Part shown: positions 24,556 through 35,919 of the stretch, piece by piece | Position numbering within the stretch: the stretch's first letter is position 1 | How the letters are laid out: the number at the start of each line of letters is the position of its first letter | Assembly (NCBI GenBank): GCA_965649765.1 | Contig: OZ287755.1 | Location: 11,718,001-11,782,000, forward strand | DNA from: Bispira polyomma | Lineage: Eukaryota | DNA: 64,000 nt | Direction: 5' to 3' | Translations under genes and position numbers: made by a program | Notes under the pieces: generated by a model | Database searches by the model: none | What the model was told of the DNA's origin: nothing | Seen by the model: the letters and a program-made list of their open reading frames with translations, nothing else

Positions 24556-26178
24556 TTACACAGATAAGGCCAGGTCAAAGTACCTTATAGGGACCTCATT
24601 CCATTTATAACAATTTTGTAATTTAACAGTTAGCTCTGCAGTAGGAGGTTTATCTGAAAATAGTCTAGAAAGTGCATCTGCAATCACATTATTTTTCCCT
24701 GGAATGTGTTGTATGTCAATTGTGATGTCATGTGTGGCTGCAAGCAGCCAGATATTCCTCAAACATGAGGCCAGAAAGTCATCCTTAGTTTTTTGTGAAT
24801 TCACAACCAGTACTACGGCCATGTTGTTACAGTGAAACAAAACCCGTTGATGCGCCCACTTTAAAGCCCATACACGCAACGCGAGAATGATATTCAGCAT
24901 CTCTAAGTGAACTATTGTCAACTCTCTGCCAAAAACATTGAAATATGGTGTAGCGTACACCTCATCTTTCCACACGCCTCCTAAACCGGTAAGGCAAGCG
25001 TCTAAATGTAACTCACTCATGTTTTGAATCATAGGATGGTCAATGAAAGTTACTCCGTTAAATGTCTGTAAGAACTGCTTGAACCACGCTAAGTCGTTCC
25101 GCATGTCTTGAGAAATAGCAAATTTCTTCTTACCCTCGTTGTTTCTAAATGCGTGAAGCAGTCTATTAATAAAAGTGCATGCCGGCTTGACGCATTTGTG
25201 CACATACAGAAGTTTTCCTAAGAGGGACTGAAACCGACTGCGCGTTATGAAGCGCCTGTTAAACACGTCGCACACACATTCAAGAATCTCTTCTATTTTC
25301 CCATGCTGGATGCTAATAGTACCAGCGACAGTGTCAATGTTAATACCCAAACAAGTAATGCTAGTACTAGGTGGGGTGCGTTTGTTGGCATTCATTACTA
25401 ACCTGGTCATGTATTCAGTATAATCAAAACCCAACTGCTTGAAACAGGCATTATCTCTTTCGAAATAATAAAATGTATCAGCAGCTTGCTTGATTACAGC
25501 CTGGTGATGAGTTTCGACATTAGTATTACTGGTAGTATTTAAAGAAACAGCCTGAACCTGGATTATGGTTTGAAAGGTTTGAATAATACAAAGGTTTTGG
25601 CTAGGTGGAAATTCAACACGAGCATATACACACTTGGCAGCAGTCACGTCATAAAACATGTGGAAATAACCTGAGAATTTTCCATCCCTATCCCTAATGT
25701 AAACAATTGGGGCCAAATTTTGAATTTCCCCACAAAAAGTTTTCCAATTGGTAACTGATACCTGACACGTGTGTGCCTCTTTGTTCCAAGCTGGTGAATT
25801 AGCATAGTGACTGCTCCCATTTGAAATGCAGGCCTCAGTGCTCCTGTCCCATCTATGGTGACCCGACTGGGTCCTGCTCTGAAATTGAATACATTCATTT
25901 ACATTCTTGGTTTCATACTGGTAGTTGTCGCCAGCATCTACTGAAACTGCAAAATTATTAAAGACATCATTATCAACAAAGTTCACCTTTATATCAGTGT
26001 TGAATACATTATTGACAAACCTTGTACTATCTGACATTATCATCTGCTGATAATCATTACTATTGGAACTTTGCACAATTGTATTAATTTCAGACATGCT
26101 TCTGTCGCAATAACCTAATTCACTGTTTTTGTCCTTTATATTAAACTCTTTTACAAATTTACTGTTACCGTTCATCAT
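24556..26178 (-). CDS. pol-like ORF: RT C-terminal part plus DIRS-type RNase H, without a YxDD core
   Basis: KRTPPSTSITCLGINIDT, FQSLLGKLLYVHKCV, LHLDACLTGLGG, IVHLEMLNI, HCNNMAVV and HIPGKNNVIADALSR. No (Y/F)xDD appears in the 540-aa translation. Confidence 0.85.
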   Translation of the reverse strand: MMNGNSKFVKEFNIKDKNSELGYCDRSMSEINTIVQSSNSNDYQQMIMSDSTRFVNNVFNTDIKVNFVDNDVFNNFAVSVDAGDNYQYETKNVNECIQFQSRTQSGHHRWDRSTEACISNGSSHYANSPAWNKEAHTCQVSVTNWKTFCGEIQNLAPIVYIRDRDGKFSGYFHMFYDVTAAKCVYARVEFPPSQNLCIIQTFQTIIQVQAVSLNTTSNTNVETHHQAVIKQAADTFYYFERDNACFKQLGFDYTEYMTRLVMNANKRTPPSTSITCLGINIDTVAGTISIQHGKIEEILECVCDVFNRRFITRSRFQSLLGKLLYVHKCVKPACTFINRLLHAFRNNEGKKKFAISQDMRNDLAWFKQFLQTFNGVTFIDHPMIQNMSELHLDACLTGLGGVWKDEVYATPYFNVFGRELTIVHLEMLNIILALRVWALKWAHQRVLFHCNNMAVVLVVNSQKTKDDFLASCLRNIWLLAATHDITIDIQHIPGKNNVIADALSRLFSDKPPTAELTVKLQNCYKWNEVPIRYFDLALSV

Positions 26179-26232
26179 TGAATTACCCTTATCACTACCT
26201 AATGTTCGTCCAACTGGTTGTGAATCGTGGCC

Positions 26233-27465
26233 CTAGATGTTACCTTGTTGTTTGTCTGGCTGTTTACTTACATTCGCTTTAAAGCATTTGAACTCTGGGT
26301 GCGACGCGTCCTTTCCTAATGTCTTATTACAATACCAACATACATGACGATAATTGCCATGATCCGCCTTGTGAGTACACTTGCCATTATTAAACAGCTT
26401 ACAGATGGATTTACTATCTGAAGAAGCCCCGTTAGCCAAGTTACTGCCATTGTTGCCTACCATAGCCATCTGGGAGGCACTGATGCGATTCAGTGCCCAC
26501 TGAGTGTTGTCCTGCCAGGACAGCCTGCCTTCCTCGATCTCATGCATACTGACAGCCCAGGCTGTCCTGACAGCAGGCCACGGAAGTGTGGCTGCATCCC
26601 GTAGTGCGTGTACCACTTGGTTCACCATAGCTTTCATTGTTGCCGGATCACTTACTTGTAGCGAGTTGGCCAGCTGGCCAGCCGCCCACTGCGGCAACAT
26701 GAGGTCGTCAAAGACTGGCCTTCGACGAGTCGATCCCCCACCCCAACCTTCGTTAGACCATCTGAGTTGGGGATCAGCTAAAGTAATATCTGTGGAGTTA
26801 TAACGACCAGACTTCTGCCTGATTGAGTGCTTACCCTGGACTAGACCCCTCTGGGCCAAGGCTTCGTAGTCAGCCAGCTGCCTGGTAACGGCCGCCTGCA
26901 CGTTTGGAAAAGATCTTAATGCATCGAGACTGGGGACAATGCCATCTGTGTTGTAACCCTGACCTGTTGGTGGTTGCATCATAGGTTGAGCCAGCGGCTG
27001 CGCGACCCCGTTGTACCTGGGAGGGGGAAGAGGTAACGAATAACCCTCGTGTCTCTGTTGGACCACCGTACCATCCCTCATGGTGTGTAATGGAGAATTA
27101 GCAGGTGTAACTGTCTGTTTGTCCTCTACGAGTTGCAATCGCCGGGTTATGTTAGCGTTGGAGGTCTCCAGACCACGCAGGATGGAAAGAACCTCGGACA
27201 TGCTTTGTGACCCGACTTGTGACTGGGGTACGGCCTGAGATGAGAGCCCGGCTTGGCTAGATGATCCATTTAAACTGGTCAATAACTGAGAATCAATAAG
27301 AGGACACGCAGTGTCAGCAATGACTGTTCTATGTATTTCTGATTGATTGTAAGTATTAGTAGTAGTTACCTGACCAGTACCCCTTTTCTTGGCTGTACTA
27401 GTTGAAGTTGTCTTTGTGGTCCGTTTCTTGCTGCTTAACACAGGAGTTGCTTTTGTTTTCCCCAT
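26233..27465 (-). CDS. gag-like ORF1 with C-terminal Cys/His zinc-binding cluster
   Basis: Basic N-terminus from MGKTK, a coiled-coil-like segment, and CKLFNNGKC...H...HVCWYC...H...C; it is the first ORF after repeat A1. Confidence 0.85.
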   Translation of the reverse strand: MGKTKATPVLSSKKRTTKTTSTSTAKKRGTGQVTTTNTYNQSEIHRTVIADTACPLIDSQLLTSLNGSSSQAGLSSQAVPQSQVGSQSMSEVLSILRGLETSNANITRRLQLVEDKQTVTPANSPLHTMRDGTVVQQRHEGYSLPLPPPRYNGVAQPLAQPMMQPPTGQGYNTDGIVPSLDALRSFPNVQAAVTRQLADYEALAQRGLVQGKHSIRQKSGRYNSTDITLADPQLRWSNEGWGGGSTRRRPVFDDLMLPQWAAGQLANSLQVSDPATMKAMVNQVVHALRDAATLPWPAVRTAWAVSMHEIEEGRLSWQDNTQWALNRISASQMAMVGNNGSNLANGASSDSKSICKLFNNGKCTHKADHGNYRHVCWYCNKTLGKDASHPEFKCFKANVSKQPDKQQGNI

Positions 27466-27559
27466 TTCACACAACAATCACTAGTTCCAGTACCACATCA
27501 GTTAATAAAAAGAAGTAAAATATAAATAAAACCAATTCAGTGTAAATACGTGGTTAAAA

Positions 27560-27782
27560 TTTCAATTTTCTAAATATCCTGTTCACAGGTGAAAACACAA
27601 ATTCAATATGGAGGATAGCTATCCTAGCTTAGGGGTCACTAATAGCTAATGCTGTGATTGGACAAGGCCCAGATGGACAGAAAGTTGGATAATGCTATTG
27701 CATTCGCTAGGGATTAAGGTAGTGTGATAGAAAAAGGAGGTTGGACTGATCTAGCAGTCCCCTGGGGTGGACTTGCTATGCA
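27560..27782 (-). repeat. Split direct repeat A1
   Basis: No mismatch to 23192-23414 seen by eye. Confidence 0.95.
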
Positions 27783-28299
27783 AATTTGTGTGTGTTAAAT
27801 ATGCTAATGGATCTGTTCATGAAAACGTCCCAATTTGTTGTATTCATACTTTTCATATGAAAGCAAATGTTTCCTTCGTGTGTTATTTTAAAGGGGGGTG
27901 AAGTCTTCACACAACGGATGTGTGTACATTCTACTGCAAGCAAGACTGCCATTAGTCTTGAATCTTGGGATGTAGTGATCACAGATTGGCCTGGCACCTG
28001 CCTGTAAGCCTCATTAGATGTACCTCAACAACTTGTTGTACATAGTTAGTGCCATTTTGACTGTTAACACAGTTCATATACATATAATCAGTTTTACCAC
28101 TAGTTATAGACTTCCTGTTTTCACCAAAAGTTAAAAACCTCAGTGTTCATATTATTTATACTTGACTTTTTCTTTACTACTAATACTGAAAAGTACATCG
28201 TCCCTGTATGACTTGGGTTTATGATTGTCCGTCTGGTTGTGAAACGTGTCCCTAATTATGACCTTCCAGCTTGTCTGGTTGCTTGCATTACAGTGCCTT

Positions 28300-29565
28300 A
28301 AAGCACTTGAATTCCGGATGTGAAGCGTCTTTACTTAGACTTTTGCTACAGAACCAGCATATGTGCTTGTATGTCCTATAATCGGCCTGATGTGTGCATT
28401 GGCCATTATTGAATACTTTACACACAGAGTTATTTTAAGATGAAGAACCATTGCTGTGATGACTATTGACCATAGCCATCTGCCGACTCTACTCCAACTT
28501 CTGCATACTGAGGGTCCAAGCTGTCCTGACGACTGGTTGCGGCAGGGAGGCAGCATCCCGTAGTGCATGGAAAACCTGGTTAATCATAAACTTCAAGGTT
28601 GCCGGATATGTGACTACTAGTCATTGACTAGTAGCAAGTTGGAGCACAGTTAGGTCATTGAAAGTCGCCCTGCATCTGGCTCACCCCCACCAAAACCCTC
28701 ATTGGACCACTTAAGTGTGGGATCCGCTAGTGTAATTTCCATTGTATTGAACATACTCAACTTCTGCGTTAGGGAGTGCTTACCGCTAGTTAGACCCCTC
28801 TGGGCCGATGCCTCATAGTCGAAAAGTTGTCTGGTTCCAGTCGCCTGAACATTGGGGAATGAGGCTAGGTGCTATGCCATCTCCCGTATGGCCTATGGTC
28901 AGGTCCACTTGTTGTGGGTTATCTGACTGGTTGTAAGATCCCTTGGTATCCGAGGGGAGGAGGGGATAGTGAGTAACTGTCCGACCTCTGCATTTCAACT
29001 ACTGTGCCATCCATCATAGTGTAAGATGGAGAGGCAGTTGGGGTAATGCTGCCTTGTTTCTCTTCTACGCACTGAAGACGCCTTGCTATACTATTTTTCG
29101 ACAATCTCAATTCCCCCAAAATAGTCATCATCTCGGATATGTTTTGATCATAGGCGTGTTGCATGTCTGGAAATTGCACAGTTAACACCTGAGCCTGATA
29201 GTCTGTGCATCTAGTCCGTCAGACAGAATTAGGGTAATACCGGATGATGTAAAAGTGGCTTGTTCGTGTAGATTGGTGGCAATGTTATTTCCCTGGCTAA
29301 CGGTGACCCCCTTTTGACACCTTGTTACTTGCCGTTGTCCTCGTCAAATTCTTTTGTTTCTCACGTGTATTTTCATCATTGTCCCCATATTTGAATCACT
29401 TAGTAGCACGTATAATATATAACAAGTACTAAAAGAACAAGCAAATAAAATAAAATAACCCTGTAAAATCTGGTTATTTAGTTGAAAGTTTCTTAATGTC
29501 CTGTTCACATGTGATATTATCAATTCAATATGGAGTCATGCTACTGAAGCTACTGACTAGTGCTT
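28300..29565 (-). mobile_element. Older, decayed relative of the Ngaro element (gag plus part of repeat A)
   Basis: IARRLQCVEEKQGSITPTASPSYTMMDGTVV parallels the gag segment ITRRLQLVEDKQTVTPANSPLHTMRDGTVV. 29494-29545 resembles repeat A (cctgttcaca...aattcaatatggag). Many frameshifts. Confidence 0.88.
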
Positions 29566-29567
29566 TG

Positions 29568-32035
29568 ATGACTGCTCTCATGATAGCTGCCCGGTTTGGA
29601 GATTACAGTGGTCAAGTTTTTATTAGATTCTAATGCTGATCCTTCCCTTGTAGATCAAGACAAAGCCTCACCTATCACTTGTACCTCTGTGCACAGCAGT
29701 GATATAACCTTTGAGCTATTACTTGATAAACTACTTGAAAGAGACCCTAATGTAGATATTGCAGGGCACCTCAATTTTCTTGCCAAGTATGAAAAGTCTT
29801 TTCTAATGACACAAGACAAAAGCACAGACAAATATCTGTTATCTATTGTCAGTAGATGGAGAAAATACTGGGATAAGCATTACAGGTACAGTGAAGCTTT
29901 TCGACCAATTGTGGAGTATATTTGTGATGACAAAGATGTCTTTACCCATTTCCTACAGAAGGCAACAATGAGAAATGATTATCAAATGGTGAAACTACTT
30001 CTCTGAGTACTATTTCGCGAGAAGAATGACAAAAGGCATCCATATATCATAAGTGGTTTTAAGGATGCACTTTTAAATGGCTGTGATCATAAGGTTTTTA
30101 CAACAGTACAGATTCACAAATACATGCAGTATTGGTTTGTGGTATGTATAAAAGGATTTGTCGTTAATATTTTGAGTCTATATATTTGTAGTAACTTAGG
30201 TAACAAATGTTGGGCTATTATCCTGAAAATATATTAAATATACAAATTGATGTTTATTACAAAATGGTTTGGCATTCATTGCATCGGGTCATATTTAGAA
30301 GTCTAAAACGTTTTAAATAAATATATGTCTCGGTGAATCCAGAGAAATATATCAAAGAATGGTCAATATAAGTATTAACTCTGCTGAAAAGCTTTTTTGT
30401 GTGTAAACCATGTTTATTATTTTCACAGGGAATATGTACCTCACTACTGCACAGTTATTACTTTGAAAGAAAAGTTACATTGTCAACAAAGACACCTATC
30501 CCAACTCCCCATCATAGATCACAGTGATCTATTTGTTCTCTACTGTGCTTATTGGCACGATCTCATGAGTGGCATCATTGGAGTCATCATTGATGCTGCA
30601 GTAGAAAGCCATTTCAGAAAGTACCTCTCAGCGTATCATTACGGTCATCTGTTCAACAAAGAGTTCAAAGGGCTGCTCTGTTTTTATATGGTCATGCAAA
30701 GCCCTTGGTTGTAGAAGTATTTCTATAATAACTGCATTAAAGATAACTTCTTTCAAAGTTTAACTAACACAAATGTGCTAGCAATCGCTTACTGTTTTGC
30801 TGATTGGTACCATGCTACACCCAGAAATGATACAAGATATCCTGCTGCAAGAAAATTGGCATCTTGCTCTAGTCCAGACATAAAGTGCAGAAATCAGGTT
30901 GACCTTGCTAGGATGAGAAAAAAACATATTTGAGTGGGGTATGCAAAGAATCAACACTCCAAGAAGAACGATATATTCAGAAATGCTTGATTGAACTTCT
31001 TGCTAATTTATCATCCCAAATTCAGAATAGTTCTGAAGAGATGTTCTCTTTTTACCCCATACTCACTGGTAGCTCTGCTGAAGGCACAAAGGTTGGCTTA
31101 CCTGATGAATATGACTTTCTTCTACACATGTATAATCTAGAGGGCTTCTTTAAGGACTGTACTTTTTCCTCAAAAACAAATTCACCATCTGTTGAAATTA
31201 ACAGAAATGGTAAAATGGTTCACGTGGGTGATTTAATCCATCGTTTTGTAGATATTTTCAACAAAACACTGAATGTTCACAATTTTTCACAGGGATTTTG
31301 CCTGAAAAGTAAGATAGCTTACCTTGATTTGAAACCACTGTCCTTTAGTGTCTGCTGGCGCGGTCCATATTTCTTGGATCTAGCAATAACCATTGACATT
31401 GTTCCAGCATTTCTAATTTCGTTACCATTACATGAAAAAATTCCTAACCATGAGACCCTGTGTGGTAAAACATGAGATTTACTTGATACCAAAACATTTA
31501 GGCCACCGAGACACAGAGTTGCGCTTGTCTTTCTCAGTTAATGAGCTTGAGATTTTCAAAAGTGTTCCAGCATATATTAAAGATGGATATAAGCTGGCTA
31601 AAGCCATGAGACATAAGGAAATATGTCCATCACTGGAGGTGAGGAGAGGAAGGTATGTTGACGCAATGGATTCTATTTCATCCTACATGCTAAAAACATG
31701 TCTTTTGCATGTGATTCAAGACTCATCAAGTAATATTTCTTCTCAGAGGGTTTCTGAAGGCACTTACACTATCCTCTACCATTAAAGAGGTAGAGTGGGC
31801 TTTAAAAATATATCGAAAAATGAAGCTATTCCTTCAAATTAGCGATGGTATGATACCCAACTATTTCATGTTGGGAGCAGATATTTGCTCAAGATATCAA
31901 ATGATCAGCAAGAGAGGGGAGAATGAGACAAGATTGCTGCATGAAGATTTAAAAAATTTACTGTTTTTTGTTGACACTATCATAGAGCTATTAGAGCACA
32001 GCATCAAAATGCATCACATCACTGGTACACATTAG
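29568..32035 (+). pseudogene. ANK-cGLR copy 2: 5'-truncated pseudogene (exons 29568-30141 and 30429-32035)
   Basis: Homology to copy 1 starts at ATGACTGCTCTC. Frameshift near 29609, TGA 30004, TAG 30712, further frameshifts near 30920, 31430 and 31785. GSSAEG..DEYD is still readable. Confidence 0.92.
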
Positions 32036-33235
32036 ACATTTACCATATTTGCAATAACATAACATATACATTTGATATAGTGTGATTTATCAGTAGTAAT
32101 AACATTTCAAATGTGCTGTGCAATTTACCAAGATGAACTCCAGTAAAAAAATAATTACGTTGCATAGAGGATAATTTAAAGTTATATGATGTACTTTCAT
32201 TAAGTGCTTTTAGTAATTTTGGTGTATATGTATGTACATGTTACTAACCAGGAAGGTAATATGTAATATTGCCACCAGAATAAACTAGTTGTCCCTTGTT
32301 GATAAATTTTGTGGTTCTAACATGTATTCACAATTGATTTGTTAATAAAATTGATAAAGTTTGATACTAAACTTTTCTGGAAATCCTTTTGGGATAATGA
32401 ATGGAGTAACCCAGAGAGAAGTCTGCATTCTCATAACTGGCTAGTAACATTTCAATGTCAAACTTACCTTTTACTTCTTTCCCCTGACCAACAACCTCTC
32501 CTTTGATTGGATTGTTAATCAACTACATGCATTTGGCCCAATGATTAATAAAACTTCATTGGCATTAGTAGCTTAACTCATAAAAACGGCTTTGTCAATG
32601 GTTACCTAAATTTTAGTTCTTTAATTATTATAAAATAACTCAAATGCATAGATGGTCAAGAGCAGACTTTATTCTTCAATAATTTTGAAAAAACTGAATT
32701 GAAGTTCTGTGTGCTAAATTATGTATTGCTAAAGGAATATTCTGAAATACAGCTTAATTTCACTTTATCAATTTGACAGGTAAAATTCTATCATGAGTTT
32801 CGCCATTTTACAAAACAAGATACTAATTTCCCACACAATATTTTAGTACATTAGTAATAGCAATACAACAAACTACTTAACCTTTAAAAATGTACACAGC
32901 AAAGTGCCAATATGGGCATATGAAATAATTGCCATCAAGGTAATTGTGAAACACGATAATGCAATGGTTACATGAATATAGCATACAGATATTGCATTCT
33001 AATCCTAAAAGTTACTGGCTGATCGGTAATAGGCCAAGCCTAGGTTTTTCGCATTGTGGAGGAGTATGAAACAGAAATTATTTGATAAATAAATACCAAG
33101 TAGCACTGCATTATTAAAAAATAATGTAGTGACACTTCAATGGCGATGGATACTGCTTGGGTTTTGTAAATTGTTAATATAAAAATAACAGATAACAGAA
33201 ACCTGTAAGGCATGTGTGCGTTATGATTTTATAGT

Positions 33236-33492
33236 TTTGAATTTGGATTCATAACGTCCACTCTAGTAACTTTAGTTCGGTTACATTGGGATGGATAGTT
33301 GGAACGCTGAAGGAAACATTGCATACAGTTGATCAAGGTTCTGCACTGAAACCAGCAGCCTATAGTAAGGAACTACCACCTTTCCCACATAGACATCGAC
33401 AGGAGGCAAACTCACGACCATTCGATCTCCAGAGGTGAGAGGCCAGTGATTTCAAAGCTGACGCTTATAACCACTAGGCAACCGTGGCCTCC
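33236..33492 (-). mobile_element. SINE family 1, older copy
   Basis: Reverse match to 2843-3111; TSD tatga(t/c)tttatagt at 33222-33235 and 33493-33506 with one mismatch. Confidence 0.88.
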
Positions 33493-33738
33493 TATGACTT
33501 TATAGTACATATAGTTTGGATTAACCACTATTACTGGTGCATAATACAACAAGATCGTTTTGGCAAGTCAAATTAAATTTTTTTTTTTTTTTTAATATGA
33601 CACCTTTAAAAAATCGAGTATGCAGAGCTATAAGACAGTTGATTTGGTATATTGTTTTATTTATGTTTTACATATAAGTAACACAAAAACTGGCTTGACT
33701 TAGTCTATATATGATATATATCCCTGAACACACTGTTT

Positions 33739-33741
<3 letters not shown>

Positions 33742-33773
<32 letters not shown>
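33742..33773. repeat. (AT)n microsatellite
   Basis: Direct reading. Confidence 0.95.
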
Positions 33774-33778
<5 letters not shown>

Positions 33779-33901
33779 CATCCCTGATCTCACATACATT
33801 TTAGACCATTTAATACGGGAAAATAGGAAGTAGCTTAAACAAAAAGAAGCATATCAACAATTATCACCCTTTTAACACGAGGTGTACGTATAACGTTAAT
33901 A

Positions 33902-34700
33902 CTAATTCATCTGAGAGTAAGTCTGAGCTTGAAATGAGTGATGCTTGAAATGGCCAAGCCATACTACTAAAAATAGAATTTGATTGTTGCCAAATAACGT
34001 AGCATCTACACAGATGCTGTACTTTGGTTTTCTATGATTGTACATGACAACAACACCATTTAATACAGCCAGGAAGCCATTGAACCAGGACAAATCCTTA
34101 TGGAATTCTGCATCCAGGGAAAATGCATCAGAATGTTGCCCCCTATGCAAGGTACCCAACATTCGGTTCCTACACAGACTGTCGTATGCAGCAATGTATA
34201 AGGAGCAACCAGCCAAATTAATATGGTAAGCTTTTGGTATTAGTATGACGTCTGTGACGCCAACGTAGGCAGTATAGCCATATGTCATTGAGTCTGGAAC
34301 ATGCACTGTGCCATTCTTGGTGTCAAAGACAACACCCATACACACAATATCTGACTGTGGCAGGCTCCAACTTTGCGTTGCTGATTTAAAACACTGTACA
34401 CAGGTTTCACAGTATGACTCCCAAGAACTCAGAGGTATATCATCATCTATACTATAATTTACTGGGAGTTGGCCCTGACGTTTGTTAGTGATTCAGAGTT
34501 TAACTTGTTCTTACCAGGAGAATGTTCTTCATGTAGGTTGTCTAGATGTCTTAACTGTTTGTCCATTTGTCGTTGTAACTCCTGATTGTAACGGGTAAAG
34601 TCTAAAGAAGGAACAATAGCATTGTCCTTACCAGTCGGGGGATTGGGAAGTAGTGTGTCAAGTGCTGGGCCGGGGCAGTCTAGAGTTAACACAATTTTTA
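33902..34700 (-). mobile_element. Internally deleted YR-retrotransposon remnant (gag and RT-thumb/RNase H pieces)
   Basis: NAIVPSLDFTRYNQELQRQMD parallels gag DGIVPSLDALRSFPNVQAAVT; CMGVVFDTKNGTV, KDLSWFNGFLAVLNGV and ICVDATL parallel the pol ORF. Confidence 0.8.
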
Positions 34701-35713
34701 CGGAGTCAAAGGTCAGAAACAGTTTAATATCCTTATATGCTAGTTGGCATTTCTTGGAGCTCTCTATGATGATAGATTGCCTGATCAACATACAATGCCT
34801 TCATTATCGCTCATTTATATACCTCTGCCCAACAAATTCTTCAGGGGGTTGGTAGGAAATAATACTTAGGTTGAACAGACAGTTAGGGCTAACTGTGTGT
34901 GTGCTGTGGAAGTGCAAACAGTATAGAGTTGTATAAACTCAGTCCGGGACGACCAGGCATGTTCTGCATGAGGGAATATTGTAAAAAACACCATACACAA
35001 AGCTTTAATTCATATTTGTCATTTAACAGCAAAATGCTCATTTATGTGTGTAAAATGTGAGTGCTAATTGATCTATTTATAAAAACGTGCCAATTTCGTG
35101 CATTTATACCCGTACCATGTGAAAGCAAATGTTTTTTTTTCATCTTGCAATATAAGTCTTAATGACAAGAACATGTGTTCTTTTATCCTTAGCTGATCGT
35201 TGTTATATTTGTAAGAATTGAAATAAAAATAGAATTATTCTGCAGACTGGTGAGATTTTTGGATGAATCATGAAATGTTTCATATGTTCTTGCAAATAAT
35301 AATACAACGCAATTACTTATAACTTTCTGTGACTAATATTAAGTAGCATATAAAATCTTGAAGATTGCACTTTAATATTTATTTGTAGGCATTATGTTAC
35401 CATTCGTTTATATAAGATGACAAATTATTTTGTAGCAACAGCAAGCAGAGTGAGAAAGAATCGGAGGTATTACCACATATGGTGTAGATCATTTAAGTGG
35501 CCAGGAATACACATAACTAAATGATTTTAAAAGAGTCAGAGTTAAGCCAGAGATGTGAAAATAAGGTTTACACAGGCTACATACTGTGTGCATCATGTGT
35601 GACAGTGGCTATGGGTGTAACATATAGCAATTGGGAGCCAATCAAATTTTACATTATTATTTGTATTTATAGATACGGACAATGACAACATATCTCCACC
35701 ACAGCACAACAAA

Positions 35714-35919
35714 TCTCTCACCTCTGGGCAGCGTGAGTTTGAATCCCGTCGATGCCTATGTGGGAAAGGTGGTAGTTCCTTACTGTGGGCCGCTGGTTTC
35801 TCTGCAGAACCTTGACCGACTGTATGCAGTGTTTCCTCCAGCGTTTCCAACTACTCGTCCCAATATAACCTACTAAAGGGTACTAGAGCGGACATTAAAT
35901 ATCCCAATTCAAATTCAAA
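35714..35919 (+). mobile_element. SINE family 1, 5'-truncated
   Basis: tctctcacctctg...gtgggaaaggtggtagttccttactgtgggccgctgg...atcccaattcaaattcaaa matches the other copies. Confidence 0.88.

Larger units (their letters stand above)
22162..27782 (-). mobile_element. Young Ngaro-type tyrosine recombinase retrotransposon with split direct repeats (A1-gag-pol-YR-B1-A2-spacer-B2)
   Basis: Repeat A (223 bp) at 27560-27782 and 23192-23414; repeat B (154 bp) at 23415-23568 and 22162-22315; B1 and A2 abut; three open ORFs lie between A1 and B1. Confidence 0.93.

Noticed and set aside
35593-35876. Short ORFs on both strands
   Set aside because: They overlap a SINE copy; chance frames.
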